Assembly (NCBI GenBank): GCA_044341475.1
Contig: JBIIRP010000001.1
Coordinates: 1 to 39,950, forward strand
From: Flavobacteriales bacterium
GTDB lineage: Bacteria > Bacteroidota > Bacteroidia > Flavobacteriales_D > Sanyastnellaceae
Length of the DNA: 39,950 nt
Direction of reading: 5' to 3'
This document shows, piece after piece, positions 1 to 8,874 of this stretch. The notes under the pieces were generated by a model that was given only the letters and a program-made list of their open reading frames with translations, was not told where the DNA came from and ran no database searches. Made by a program: the position numbers and the translations under genes. Each line of letters starts with the position of its first letter. Positions within the stretch are counted from its first letter, which is position 1.

Positions 1-2
1 CG

Positions 3-959
3 CGCTCCCTCCTCGCCTGGGCCGAGGGCCCCACCCTGGACGGGGTGGTGCGGCTGCACGCCCAGGTCACCGGGCCGGCGACCGCTGTGGTAGCGGAAGT
101 GGATGGTGGCGACGTGGGGTGCACGCAGGAAGCCCCCGGCATGTGGGCCTGCAGCGTTCCGGCTTCGTCGCCGTCGTCGCTCGTCCGGGTGGTGGCCGAG
201 TTCCCGGGCGGCGTGGTACGCCATTCCCCGTGCGACCCCGTGCGGGTGTGGACGGCACCGGCGGAAACGCCGTTCGTGCTGCTCAACGAAGTCATGCCTC
301 TGAACAACAGCTACATTTCAGATGCAAGCGGCACGTACGGGGACTGGGTGGAGCTGTACAATCCGGGGCCGCAGCCGCGGTTCATCGGGAACGCCTACCT
401 CACGGACCGGCTGGACCTGCCCCGGCGGTGGCGTCTGCCGAATGTGACGCTCAACGCGGGCGACCACCTCCTCCTGTGGTGCGGCGACCGGCCCGAAGCC
501 GGCCCGCTGCATGCCCCTTTCGCACTCGATGCCGCGGGGGAAGGCCTGTACCTGCTGCTTGAAGAACTCGGGGCGTTGCGCATCCAAGACGCCTTCACGT
601 GGGACGCCGCGTTCCCCAATGTCTCCTGGGGCCGTTCCACCGACGGCGCAGCGGACTGGGTGGCGTTCTCAGCCGGGGGCCTCCCCCCCACCCCCGACGG
701 ACCGAACGGAACGCCCGCGGGCATCGCCCGGCCGGGCTCCGCATGCACACCCGTCGTTCCGAACCCCGTGGCCGTCGGCACACCCGTCGCGCTGAACGGC
801 CCAGCCCAGGTGGTGGCGATGACCGGGGCCGTGGTGTGGCGCAGCACAGCGCCCGAGGGGACCTGGACGCCCAGCGCACCGGGCGTCTATGTGGTCCACC
901 GTGCGTCCTGTCCCGTGCCCATTCGTGTCCTTGCTCTCGCAGCCGGTGGACCGGGTTAG
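3..959 (+). CDS. Lamin-tail-domain (LTD) secreted protein; 5' end lies outside the window; degenerate T9SS-type C-terminal domain
   Basis: Frame 3 is open from nt 3, with no stop before the GTG at 45, so the CDS enters from upstream. VLLNEVMP..GDWVELYNPG..AYLTD..RRWRLPNVTLNAGDHLLLW..PFALDAAGEGLYLL..VSWGRSTDG matches the lamin-tail-domain signature. The last ~70 aa (VVPNPVAVGTPVAL..GVYVV..IRVLAL) resemble a T9SS type A sorting domain. Confidence 0.7.
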   Translation, partial: RSLLAWAEGPTLDGVVRLHAQVTGPATAVVAEVDGGDVGCTQEAPGMWACSVPASSPSSLVRVVAEFPGGVVRHSPCDPVRVWTAPAETPFVLLNEVMPLNNSYISDASGTYGDWVELYNPGPQPRFIGNAYLTDRLDLPRRWRLPNVTLNAGDHLLLWCGDRPEAGPLHAPFALDAAGEGLYLLLEELGALRIQDAFTWDAAFPNVSWGRSTDGAADWVAFSAGGLPPTPDGPNGTPAGIARPGSACTPVVPNPVAVGTPVALNGPAQVVAMTGAVVWRSTAPEGTWTPSAPGVYVVHRASCPVPIRVLALAAGGPG

Positions 960-1019
960 TGTACTTTGCACACCTACACCGGATCTGTCCTACCTTTTCG
1001 GCCCACAACCTCTCGTACC

Positions 1020-3824
1020 ATGCGCCTCCTCACCTCCCTCGCATTGCTCCTGGCAGCACCGCTCGTTTCCGCGCAAGTGGTTTGGACAGAGCCACCGTTT
1101 CCGACCGCAAACGACCAGGTCACACTCTATTACAATGCCGGACTCGGCAACGGTGCCCTCGCCACAGTCATACCTGTCTACATCCACACGGGGGTCATCA
1201 CCAGCGCTTCCGCCACCCCCAGCGACTGGCAACACGTCCAAACCTCCTGGGGCCAGGCCGACCCGGCCGCGGTCATGACGCCGCAAGGGGGCGGCATCCA
1301 CGCCTTCACCTTCGGCGGGCAAACCCTGGCGGATTACTACGGCATCGGCGCGAACGAGACCATCGAGCAGCTGGCCATGGTGTTCCGCAACGCCTCGGGC
1401 ACCCTCGTCGGACGCAACGCCGACAACTCGGACATCTTCCTGCCGGTGTCGGACGGGACCTTCTCGGTGTCCTTCATTGCCCCCGAACTGGGCTATGCGG
1501 TGCTCGAGGTAGGCGAGTCGGTTACGCTCGAGGCCATCGCGTCGTCGGATGCTTCACTTACCCTCGAAATCAATGGTGTAGAGGTGTCTGCCGCGAGCGG
1601 CCAAACCCTGAGCTTCCCCTTCACCGCCACCGAACCGGGCACCTTCGTCTGCACGCTTACGGCCACTTCGGGCAACATGACGGCTGAGGACGAAGTTACG
1701 GTCACTGTGTTGCCAGAGTCCCCGCCGACCGGTTGGGCTCCGGCCGGCACCCTGGACGGCATCACCTACACCAGCGCGACCTCCGTGCGGCTCCAGCTCT
1801 ACGCGCCGGGCAAGGACTTTGTGTTCGTCACGGGCGACTTCAACGGGTGGCAGCTGACGGGCGACTACATGATGACCCGTACGCCGGATGGTCAGCGGTT
1901 TTGGCTGGACATCCCGGGCCTGGTTGCGGGGGAGCAGTACCGGTTCCACTACCACGTCTTGCCCGACGCCATCCGGGTCACGGATCCCTACTGCGAGGTG
2001 GTGCTCGATCGGTGGAACGACCCGTGGATTCCGGAGACGACCTACCCGGATTTGCTGGACTTCCCGACGATGCTGACCGAGAATAGCCCGGTGGGGGTGC
2101 TCGAGCCGGGGGCTGCGGAGTTTGTTTGGTCGGACGCGGGCTTCACGCGTCCGCCGAAAGAAGACCTCGTCATCTACGAACTGCTCGTGCGCGACTTCAC
2201 CGAAGAACGCACCTACCAGGCCATCATCGACACACTCGATTACCTTGAACGGCTGGGAATCAATGCCCTGGAACTCATGCCCGTGATGGAATTCAACGGG
2301 AACGACAGCTGGGGCTACAACACGACCTTTTACCTCGCTCCGGACAAGGCGTACGGCCCGAAAGAGAAACTGAAGGAGCTCATCGACGCGTGCCATGCGC
2401 GCGGCATCGCGGTCATTCTCGACATCGTGCTGAACCACAGCGACCAGCCGAATCCCATGCTCATGCTGTACTGGAACAGCGCGTCGAATGTTCCCGCGGC
2501 AAACAACCCCTGGTTCAACGTCACCGCACCGCATGCAATGAGCTGGTTCTACGACTGGAACCACGAGTCGAATGCGACGCGCGGATTTACGAAGCGGGTC
2601 TTCGACCATTGGGTGGAGAACTACCACGTCGATGGGTTCCGGCTGGACTTCAGCCAGGGCATGAGCCAAACCCCGAACGGCGGCCCCTCCTACGACCAGA
2701 GCCGCATCAACATCTTGAACGACTACGGCGCACACGTGTGGTCACAGGATCCTGGCGTCTACATGATCCTCGAGCACTGGTGTGCATTTGCAGAGGAGCA
2801 GGCGCTTGCCGAAGATGGTTTCATGCTGTGGACAAATGCCACCCACGACTACCAGGAAGCGGCCATGGGCTATGCGTCGAACCTGAGCTGGGCGAATTAC
2901 CAGAGCCACGGCATGGCGACCCCGTCGGTGGTGGGGTATGCCGAGTCGCACGATGAGGAGCGGTTGATGTACAAGAACTTAGCGTACGGGAACAGCGCCG
3001 GCAGCTACGATGTGCAGGAACTCGAGACGGCGCTCCGGCGCATCGAAGCCATCCAGTGCGTCAACGTGCCGCTGCCGGGGCCGCGTATGATTTGGCAGTT
3101 CGGAGAACTGGGCTACGACTACTCCATCAACACCTGCTCCGACGGGGTCACTATCAGCGACGACTGCCGCGTGGAGGCCAAACCCGTGCGGTGGGACTAC
3201 CGCGACGATGCGGACCGCTACCGCATCCACCAAGTCATCCAAGGCCTGGCGCACCTGAAGACGGCATACCCCGGCACGTTCCGCACGTCCGACTTCACGT
3301 TCGATGCGGGCGGATTCGGCAAGCGGTTGCGGCTCACCGGCACGGACTTCGACGCGGTAATCGGCGTCAACTTCCAGGTGACCGGCATCTCCATGGTACC
3401 CGGCTTCACCCACACCGGGACGTGGTACGATTACTTCAGCGGCGAGTCCTTCGAAGTTACAGACCTCGGAGCTACCGTGGCTTTTGCCCCGGGCGAATAC
3501 CGGGTGTTCCTCGATGCGCCCATCGCGGCGCCTGTGCTCTTCAGTGTCGACGAGGTCGATTCTGCGCTGTCGGAAATGCGCGTCTACCCGAACCCGGCAT
3601 CGGACCGGTTGAGCGTGCTCTTCGACCTCGGCACACCAGGACCTGTGCGCGTCGAAATCCGTGACCTGACAGGACGGCTCGTAGTGGCGGAGCAACGATC
3701 CGTGCACCGGGCAGGCGCAACCCGTCTGGATGTGGCATTGCCCGCGTGCTCGGAGGGCCTGTACGTGGCCACGGTGGCGGCGGCTTCCGGTACCGTTTCG
3801 CGGCCATTCGTGGTCGCCCAGTGA
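1020..3824 (+). CDS. Secreted GH13 alpha-amylase-family glycoside hydrolase with T9SS type A C-terminal sorting domain
   Basis: The ORF-track start at 966 is TTG; ATG 1020 gives a canonical signal peptide, MRLLTSLALLLAAPLVSAQ. The GH13 conserved regions occur in order: I AVILDIVLNHS, II DGFRLDFSQG, III MILEHW, IV YAESHDEER. An E-set/CBM48-like segment (YAPGKDFVFVTGDFNGWQ) precedes the barrel. The last 82 aa (3576-3821, MRVYPNPASDRLSVLFDL..GLYVATV) form a T9SS type A CTD. Confidence 0.9.
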   Translation: MRLLTSLALLLAAPLVSAQVVWTEPPFPTANDQVTLYYNAGLGNGALATVIPVYIHTGVITSASATPSDWQHVQTSWGQADPAAVMTPQGGGIHAFTFGGQTLADYYGIGANETIEQLAMVFRNASGTLVGRNADNSDIFLPVSDGTFSVSFIAPELGYAVLEVGESVTLEAIASSDASLTLEINGVEVSAASGQTLSFPFTATEPGTFVCTLTATSGNMTAEDEVTVTVLPESPPTGWAPAGTLDGITYTSATSVRLQLYAPGKDFVFVTGDFNGWQLTGDYMMTRTPDGQRFWLDIPGLVAGEQYRFHYHVLPDAIRVTDPYCEVVLDRWNDPWIPETTYPDLLDFPTMLTENSPVGVLEPGAAEFVWSDAGFTRPPKEDLVIYELLVRDFTEERTYQAIIDTLDYLERLGINALELMPVMEFNGNDSWGYNTTFYLAPDKAYGPKEKLKELIDACHARGIAVILDIVLNHSDQPNPMLMLYWNSASNVPAANNPWFNVTAPHAMSWFYDWNHESNATRGFTKRVFDHWVENYHVDGFRLDFSQGMSQTPNGGPSYDQSRINILNDYGAHVWSQDPGVYMILEHWCAFAEEQALAEDGFMLWTNATHDYQEAAMGYASNLSWANYQSHGMATPSVVGYAESHDEERLMYKNLAYGNSAGSYDVQELETALRRIEAIQCVNVPLPGPRMIWQFGELGYDYSINTCSDGVTISDDCRVEAKPVRWDYRDDADRYRIHQVIQGLAHLKTAYPGTFRTSDFTFDAGGFGKRLRLTGTDFDAVIGVNFQVTGISMVPGFTHTGTWYDYFSGESFEVTDLGATVAFAPGEYRVFLDAPIAAPVLFSVDEVDSALSEMRVYPNPASDRLSVLFDLGTPGPVRVEIRDLTGRLVVAEQRSVHRAGATRLDVALPACSEGLYVATVAAASGTVSRPFVVAQ

Positions 3825-3826
3825 CC

Positions 3827-3847
3827 ATGGTGTACGTTGGACACCAT
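3827..3847 (+). terminator. Weak hairpin (possible attenuator) between the secreted GH13 gene and susC
   Basis: A 7-bp stem ATGGTGT / ACACCAT (3827-3833 / 3841-3847) with a 7-nt loop starts right after the TGA at 3822-3824. It is followed by CCCTTTCC and then TACATTCG. Confidence 0.3.
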
Positions 3848-3855
3848 CCCTTTCC

Positions 3856-3863
3856 TACATTCG
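3856..3863 (+). promoter_or_regulatory. TACATTCG box, 23 nt before susC ATG 3887
   Basis: A one-mismatch relative of TACCTTCG, 8 nt after the 3827-3847 hairpin. Confidence 0.3.
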
Positions 3864-3886
3864 CACCGAACCGAATCGCAACCTCT

Positions 3887-6800
3887 ATGCGCAACTTCCT
3901 TCTCGCAGGTCTTGCCTGCCTTTGCTGGAGCATAGCCACCCACGCCCAAACCCTCGAAGGGGTCGTCACGGACGTTTCTGGCACCCCACTCCCCTCCGCC
4001 TCCGTGCGGATTGACGGCGGGAAACAGGGCACCTTCACCGATGCAAACGGCCGCTACAGCATCGCCCTTTCCGCGGGCCAGCACACGGTGGAAATCAGCT
4101 TCATCGGTTACTCGAAGCAATCGAAAACCGTCACGCTCGGCACCGGAAAGACCACGCTCAACATGGCGTTGAAGGAGGATGCCGTGCTCATCGGAGACGT
4201 GGTCGTGGTGGGCTATGGCGTACAGCGGAAAAAGGAAGTCACCGGCTCCATCGCCCAGGTCACGGCCAAACAAATCACCAGCATACAGACACCCTCGTTC
4301 GAAGCCGCCCTGCAGGGCCAGGCCGCCGGTGTCCAAGTCAGCCAAAGCTCCGGCGTCGCCGGTGCCGGATCGCTCATCCGCGTGCGCGGCGTTGCCTCGG
4401 TTTCTGCCGGCGGGGACCCGCTCTACGTCATCGACGGAATTCCGATTACCCAAGAGTACTTCCTCCGCGGGAATTCTGGGGCCATGAACAACAACCCCTT
4501 AGCCGCCATCAACCCGAACGATATCGAGTCCATCGAGATCCTGAAGGACGCAGCAGCTACGGGCATTTACGGCTCCCGCGGTGCGAACGGGGTCATCCTC
4601 ATCACCACGAAACGGGGCACACGGAAAGGCACCTCGTTCGAGTTCAGTTCGCGGGTCGGGGTAGGGACGGCTGCCTCCCGGCCGAACATGATGGACACCG
4701 ACACGTATTTGGCGTTGCGTCAGGAAGCATGGGAAAACGATGGGGGAACAGGCTATGTCTGGCTGCCGAACCTGACCTCGGCAGCGGATGATCCGGAAAC
4801 GCGAAAAGAAGCCTACTTGCGCGCCCAGGGAACGAACACCGACTGGGTCGGCCAAACCATCGGCACAGGTGTCAAGCACTCCCACAGCTTCGGAGCCCGG
4901 CACGGCGGAAAGCGCTACACGTTCTATGGCGGTGTATCGTACGATGACAACCAGAGCTTTTTGCTCGGCAACAGCTACGAGCGCATGAGCGCACGGGCAA
5001 ATTTCGATGTGTCGCCGGTCGACGGCGTGCAACTGCTGTTGAGCTCCTCCTTCAGCCAAGGCCGTAACAACCGCATCGATGCGGCGTGGTCCGGCGGACT
5101 CGGGGATGCGATGTCGAATGCCCTGCCGTACTATCCGGTGCGGTACGAAAACGATGTAATCGAGAACGGCGATACCCTGCACCGCGCAGGCGAGTACTTC
5201 CTGTGGTTCGACGAATGGGGTGGCTCGAAAAATCCGGTGGCCGTGCGCGAGCTCAAGAAATGGCGGACCACCGAGGACCGGTCCATCAGCAACGCCCAGC
5301 TCATCCTTACCCCGCTCGACAACCTGCACGTCAAGCTGAGCGGTGGATTTGACTACATGCACATCCGCGAAGACATCTTCAATCCCGGAGCACTCTCCAT
5401 CACGACAGAGCTCGGAAGTGCGAACCGCTACGCGAACTATGTGCTGAATTGGAACGGAAATGCCACCGTCGATTACCTGCTCGAACTTGACGACACCCAG
5501 TCGTTGACCTTCCTCGCAGGTACGGAATTCCAGCGGACCGACAACTACGGCTATTCGCAATTCTACGGCAATGTCACGGGACCGGTGTTCGAACTCGATA
5601 GCCTGCAAGAAGTTGCCGGTACCGTCAACGAACGCCAAAACCTGCCCTCCCAGCACAGCTTCCTCTCTTACTTCGGCCGCGTGAACTACACCCTGAAGGA
5701 CCGGTACTTCTTCCAAGGCACGGCGCGGGTGGATGGCAGTTCGCGGTTTGGCCGTGACAACCGGTACGGCTTCTTCCCTTCCGTGTCCGCAGGCTGGGTG
5801 ATCTCCGACGAGCCGTGGTTCGCTGCGGAAAAGGTCAGCTTCCTGAAACTCCGCACCAGCTGGGGAAAAACGGGAAATGCCGCATTGCCAGATTATGCCC
5901 GCTTCGGCACGTACTCGCCAGCGGACAATGGCATTACCTACGCCGGTGATTCCATTTTGTACCCCATGCAGCCGGACAACCCCACCTTGCGCTGGGAATC
6001 CTCATCCACCTGGGATGCCTCTCTCGAGGCCGGTTTCCTCGAGGACCGCATCACCGTGGAACTCGCGGCGTACCGGAAAATGAGCCGGGATGTCCTGATG
6101 AACGTTTCGACGCCGGCTTCAACGGGATTCACGAACTACTGGGACAACGTGGCGACCATCCTCAACCAAGGAATCGAACTGGGCATCAAGTCGCGCAACC
6201 TGATCGGAAAATTCCAGTGGACGACCGACCTCAACGTGAGCCGGAACTACAACGAACTCGTTGATATCGGAAACTACACCCCGGATGCGGTCAGTGGAGG
6301 CACGAACGATTCACGCGTCATCGTAGGAAAGCCGGTGGGCTCGTTCTTCCTCGTCGAGCACAGCCACGTCGACCCGGCAACGGGATTGCCGGTCTACCTC
6401 GACCTGGAGGGCAACGAGACGTACGACTACAACAACAACATCCGGAAATACGTGGGCGATGGCCTTCCCGAATTCATCGGGGGAATGACAAACACCTTCC
6501 GCTTCGGCAACTGGGACTTGAGCGCACTGGCGACCTTCAGCCTCGGAGCAAAGATTTTCGACTCCTCGGCGAAAAGGCAGCTGGGTGTGGTGACAGGTTG
6601 GAACATGCGGACCGAGAAACTCGACCGGTGGCGCCAGCCCGGGGATGAGGCGCGCTACCCCCGCCTCACGCTGGACGAGACGACCTACAGCTTGCCCAGC
6701 GGGTTCCCGTGGTGGAACACGAGCTTGTTCATCTACGACGCGGACTACTTGCGCCTGCGGAACATCACATTGGGCTACAACCTGCCTGACTTCAAGGCGG

Positions 6801-6997
6801 GTGCGGTGAGCTTCTCCGAGTTCCGGATTGCCTTGAATGCCACGAACCTGTTCACCCTGACAAACTTCCCAGGTCTGGATCCCGAAGTCGTGCGCGACTT
6901 CGAGAACGCACAGGATCGGAACATGAGTCCGAACGTGACCTACCTCACTCCGCCCCAGGAGCGCGCCTTCACCCTTACCCTCACCACGAACTTCTAA
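3887..6997 (+). CDS. susC: SusC/RagA-family TonB-dependent outer-membrane transporter
   Basis: ATG 3887 gives signal peptide MRNFLLAGLACLCWSIATHAQ; the ORF-track GTG at 3746 overlaps the upstream gene. It has a CarboxypepD_reg-like N-domain (GVVTDVSGTPLPSASVRIDG..DANGRYSI) and a plug (VVVVGYGVQRKKEVTGSIAQV..IRVRG..DPLYVIDGIPI). The large barrel ends ..LTLTTNF. A SusD gene follows 3 nt later. Confidence 0.92.
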   Translation: MRNFLLAGLACLCWSIATHAQTLEGVVTDVSGTPLPSASVRIDGGKQGTFTDANGRYSIALSAGQHTVEISFIGYSKQSKTVTLGTGKTTLNMALKEDAVLIGDVVVVGYGVQRKKEVTGSIAQVTAKQITSIQTPSFEAALQGQAAGVQVSQSSGVAGAGSLIRVRGVASVSAGGDPLYVIDGIPITQEYFLRGNSGAMNNNPLAAINPNDIESIEILKDAAATGIYGSRGANGVILITTKRGTRKGTSFEFSSRVGVGTAASRPNMMDTDTYLALRQEAWENDGGTGYVWLPNLTSAADDPETRKEAYLRAQGTNTDWVGQTIGTGVKHSHSFGARHGGKRYTFYGGVSYDDNQSFLLGNSYERMSARANFDVSPVDGVQLLLSSSFSQGRNNRIDAAWSGGLGDAMSNALPYYPVRYENDVIENGDTLHRAGEYFLWFDEWGGSKNPVAVRELKKWRTTEDRSISNAQLILTPLDNLHVKLSGGFDYMHIREDIFNPGALSITTELGSANRYANYVLNWNGNATVDYLLELDDTQSLTFLAGTEFQRTDNYGYSQFYGNVTGPVFELDSLQEVAGTVNERQNLPSQHSFLSYFGRVNYTLKDRYFFQGTARVDGSSRFGRDNRYGFFPSVSAGWVISDEPWFAAEKVSFLKLRTSWGKTGNAALPDYARFGTYSPADNGITYAGDSILYPMQPDNPTLRWESSSTWDASLEAGFLEDRITVELAAYRKMSRDVLMNVSTPASTGFTNYWDNVATILNQGIELGIKSRNLIGKFQWTTDLNVSRNYNELVDIGNYTPDAVSGGTNDSRVIVGKPVGSFFLVEHSHVDPATGLPVYLDLEGNETYDYNNNIRKYVGDGLPEFIGGMTNTFRFGNWDLSALATFSLGAKIFDSSAKRQLGVVTGWNMRTEKLDRWRQPGDEARYPRLTLDETTYSLPSGFPWWNTSLFIYDADYLRLRNITLGYNLPDFKAGAVSFSEFRIALNATNLFTLTNFPGLDPEVVRDFENAQDRNMSPNVTYLTPPQERAFTLTLTTNF

Positions 6998-7000
6998 CCG

Positions 7001-8365
7001 ATGCGCCTCAAGCATTTCCTTCCGGTATGTGGCATCGCAGTGGGGCTGGCCTCCTGCGACTCCTTTCTCGAATTTGCCCCCGGCGATGTCATTTTGGCCG
7101 AAGACGCTATCCAGGACACCGATGACCTGCAGCGCCTGCTCACCAGTACCTACGACGTGCTCGGAAACATCTTCGGAGGGCGTTTTCAGATCGTCAATGA
7201 ACTGCGTGGACCCAACTTCGGTGCCCCGGATAACAGTTTGGATTTCACCGCTGTCTACAACCGAGAGACGACCTTCTTTACGGGCATCAATGGCGGCGTG
7301 TATACCGACTTCTATTACGCGATTTACCGGTGCAACGTGGTATTGGGGAGCTTTGATTTGGTCAGCAACCTTTCGGAAGAAGACCGCACACGGATGGAGG
7401 CTGAAGCCCGCTTTGTCCGCGCAGTGAGCCACTTCGGGGCCGTGCGCCTCTATGCCCAACCGTTCGGGGCAACGGCAGACAACAGCCACCTCGGGGTACC
7501 GTTGCGTCTCACTGCAGAGTCGAATCCGTTGCCCCGCGCCACGGTAGGCGAAGTGTACGCAGCAATCGTGGAAGACCTCGAATTTGCCGCGGCGAATCTG
7601 CCGGAAACGAATGGCGTGTATGCGACCCGGGATGCGGCGGAAGGCTACCTCGCCCACGTGAGGTTCCTCATGGGGGACTACGCCGTGGCCGCGGAACACG
7701 CCACGAATGTGATTTCCTCTGGGCGGTACACGCTGGACGGCGATCTCGACCGGTACGATACGGATGTGGTCAACCCGGAAACCGTCTTCGGCATCGTGAG
7801 CATGCCCTTCGATTTCCGGAGCAACTGGTTCCGAGACAACCTGCGTTCAGATGGAAATCCGAACCCGCAGCTCGCGTTCAGTGAGGACTTTGCATTCTTC
7901 ATGAGCCTTGCCGGCGGGGGCGACGGTCGCAGTGCGTGGGTGAGCGCTGGCGCCCGCCCGTTGTGCAACCGCTTCAACGGAAAGGAGTACTTCAACGTCC
8001 CTGTAGTGCATTTGACCGGATTGATGCTGCTCCGCGCGGAGGCACTCGCAGAGTCAGGAGGCGATTTGGGGACCGCCATTGCGGACATCAACGCCATCCG
8101 CGACCGTGCGTTCGGCGAAGGCAACAATCCCTTAGACGCGGGTTCAGATGCACAAGCAGTCATCGCCGCGGCACGGGACGAATACCGCAAGGAAACCGCC
8201 GGCGAGGGCGCGTGGACGGACCAACTCCTGCGACGCGGCGCCGCGGGTGAAGACATCACCATCCGTGACGCTTCTTGGAACTGCCCGGGCATGTCGCTGC
8301 AATTCCCGAACAACGAAACCACTTCAGCCGGCTTCGTGCTTAACGAAGAAGGCGGTTGCCTGTAA
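7001..8365 (+). CDS. susD: SusD/RagB-family nutrient-binding outer-membrane lipoprotein
   Basis: Lipoprotein signal MRLKHFLPVCGIAVGLASC. The 454-aa size, the position directly after susC, and the helical SusD-like segments (YYAIYRCNVVL, EARFVRAVSHF, LMLLRAEALAE) fit the family. Confidence 0.88.
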   Translation: MRLKHFLPVCGIAVGLASCDSFLEFAPGDVILAEDAIQDTDDLQRLLTSTYDVLGNIFGGRFQIVNELRGPNFGAPDNSLDFTAVYNRETTFFTGINGGVYTDFYYAIYRCNVVLGSFDLVSNLSEEDRTRMEAEARFVRAVSHFGAVRLYAQPFGATADNSHLGVPLRLTAESNPLPRATVGEVYAAIVEDLEFAAANLPETNGVYATRDAAEGYLAHVRFLMGDYAVAAEHATNVISSGRYTLDGDLDRYDTDVVNPETVFGIVSMPFDFRSNWFRDNLRSDGNPNPQLAFSEDFAFFMSLAGGGDGRSAWVSAGARPLCNRFNGKEYFNVPVVHLTGLMLLRAEALAESGGDLGTAIADINAIRDRAFGEGNNPLDAGSDAQAVIAAARDEYRKETAGEGAWTDQLLRRGAAGEDITIRDASWNCPGMSLQFPNNETTSAGFVLNEEGGCL

Positions 8366-8376
8366 CTTCACTTCCG

Positions 8377-8874
8377 ATGGAACATCCTCATTCTCTCGTT
8401 CGGACCGGAGCCTGGGCTTTGGTCCTTGTAGCAGCCCTGTTCACCGGGTGCAAACCCGAGCCGGAAGGCGAACTCGGCGAGACCTACGATAAGGTGAAGG
8501 GCCTCACGGGCACCTGGCAGCTCACCGCGTTCACCCAGCAGGACCTGAACAGCCCCGTCAAAGAAGTGCGCGACCTCAGCAGCTTCTACATCGACGGATC
8601 GGTCACGCCGCTGCAACTCACGTTCAACGCGGACCGGACCTATGCCGTCGCGCTCGAACGCGGCCGCAACTACTTCGGCGAGGGCGGCACCTGGGGATTT
8701 GACGACGACGATTTCCCGAGCTACATCCACTTGTTCAGCGGCGAAGACACCCTCGTGTACGACATGGGGGCCATGGTGCGCGAGTTCGACCAGGATATGA
8801 GCATCGAATACCGCCGCGCGTGCAATGGGACTGCGACGGTCATTTACACCTTCTCCTTCACCCGGATCAACTGA
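8377..8874 (+). CDS. Small lipoprotein, lipocalin-like (DUF5004-like) PUL accessory protein
   Basis: The ORF-track start at 8356 is TTG; ATG 8377 gives MEHPHSLVRTGAWALVLVAALFTGC with an LFTGC lipobox. GTWQLTAF..FNADRTYAV..GTWGF is typical of the small lipocalin-like proteins found after SusD genes. The family assignment is from memory. Confidence 0.6.
   Translation: MEHPHSLVRTGAWALVLVAALFTGCKPEPEGELGETYDKVKGLTGTWQLTAFTQQDLNSPVKEVRDLSSFYIDGSVTPLQLTFNADRTYAVALERGRNYFGEGGTWGFDDDDFPSYIHLFSGEDTLVYDMGAMVREFDQDMSIEYRRACNGTATVIYTFSFTRIN

Noticed and set aside
2731-2740. 10-bp palindrome CACACGTGTG (and CCACGTGG near 24419) as possible parS or operator sites
   Set aside because: Both are inside coding regions far from any promoter, are short, and do not match the 16-bp parS pattern. 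This is the expected chance occurrence of CACGTG cores in GC-rich DNA.
6311-7699. 462-aa minus-strand ORF spanning the susC/susD junction
   Set aside because: It is antisense to two well-supported genes at once and has no signal peptide, domain or plausible start context.
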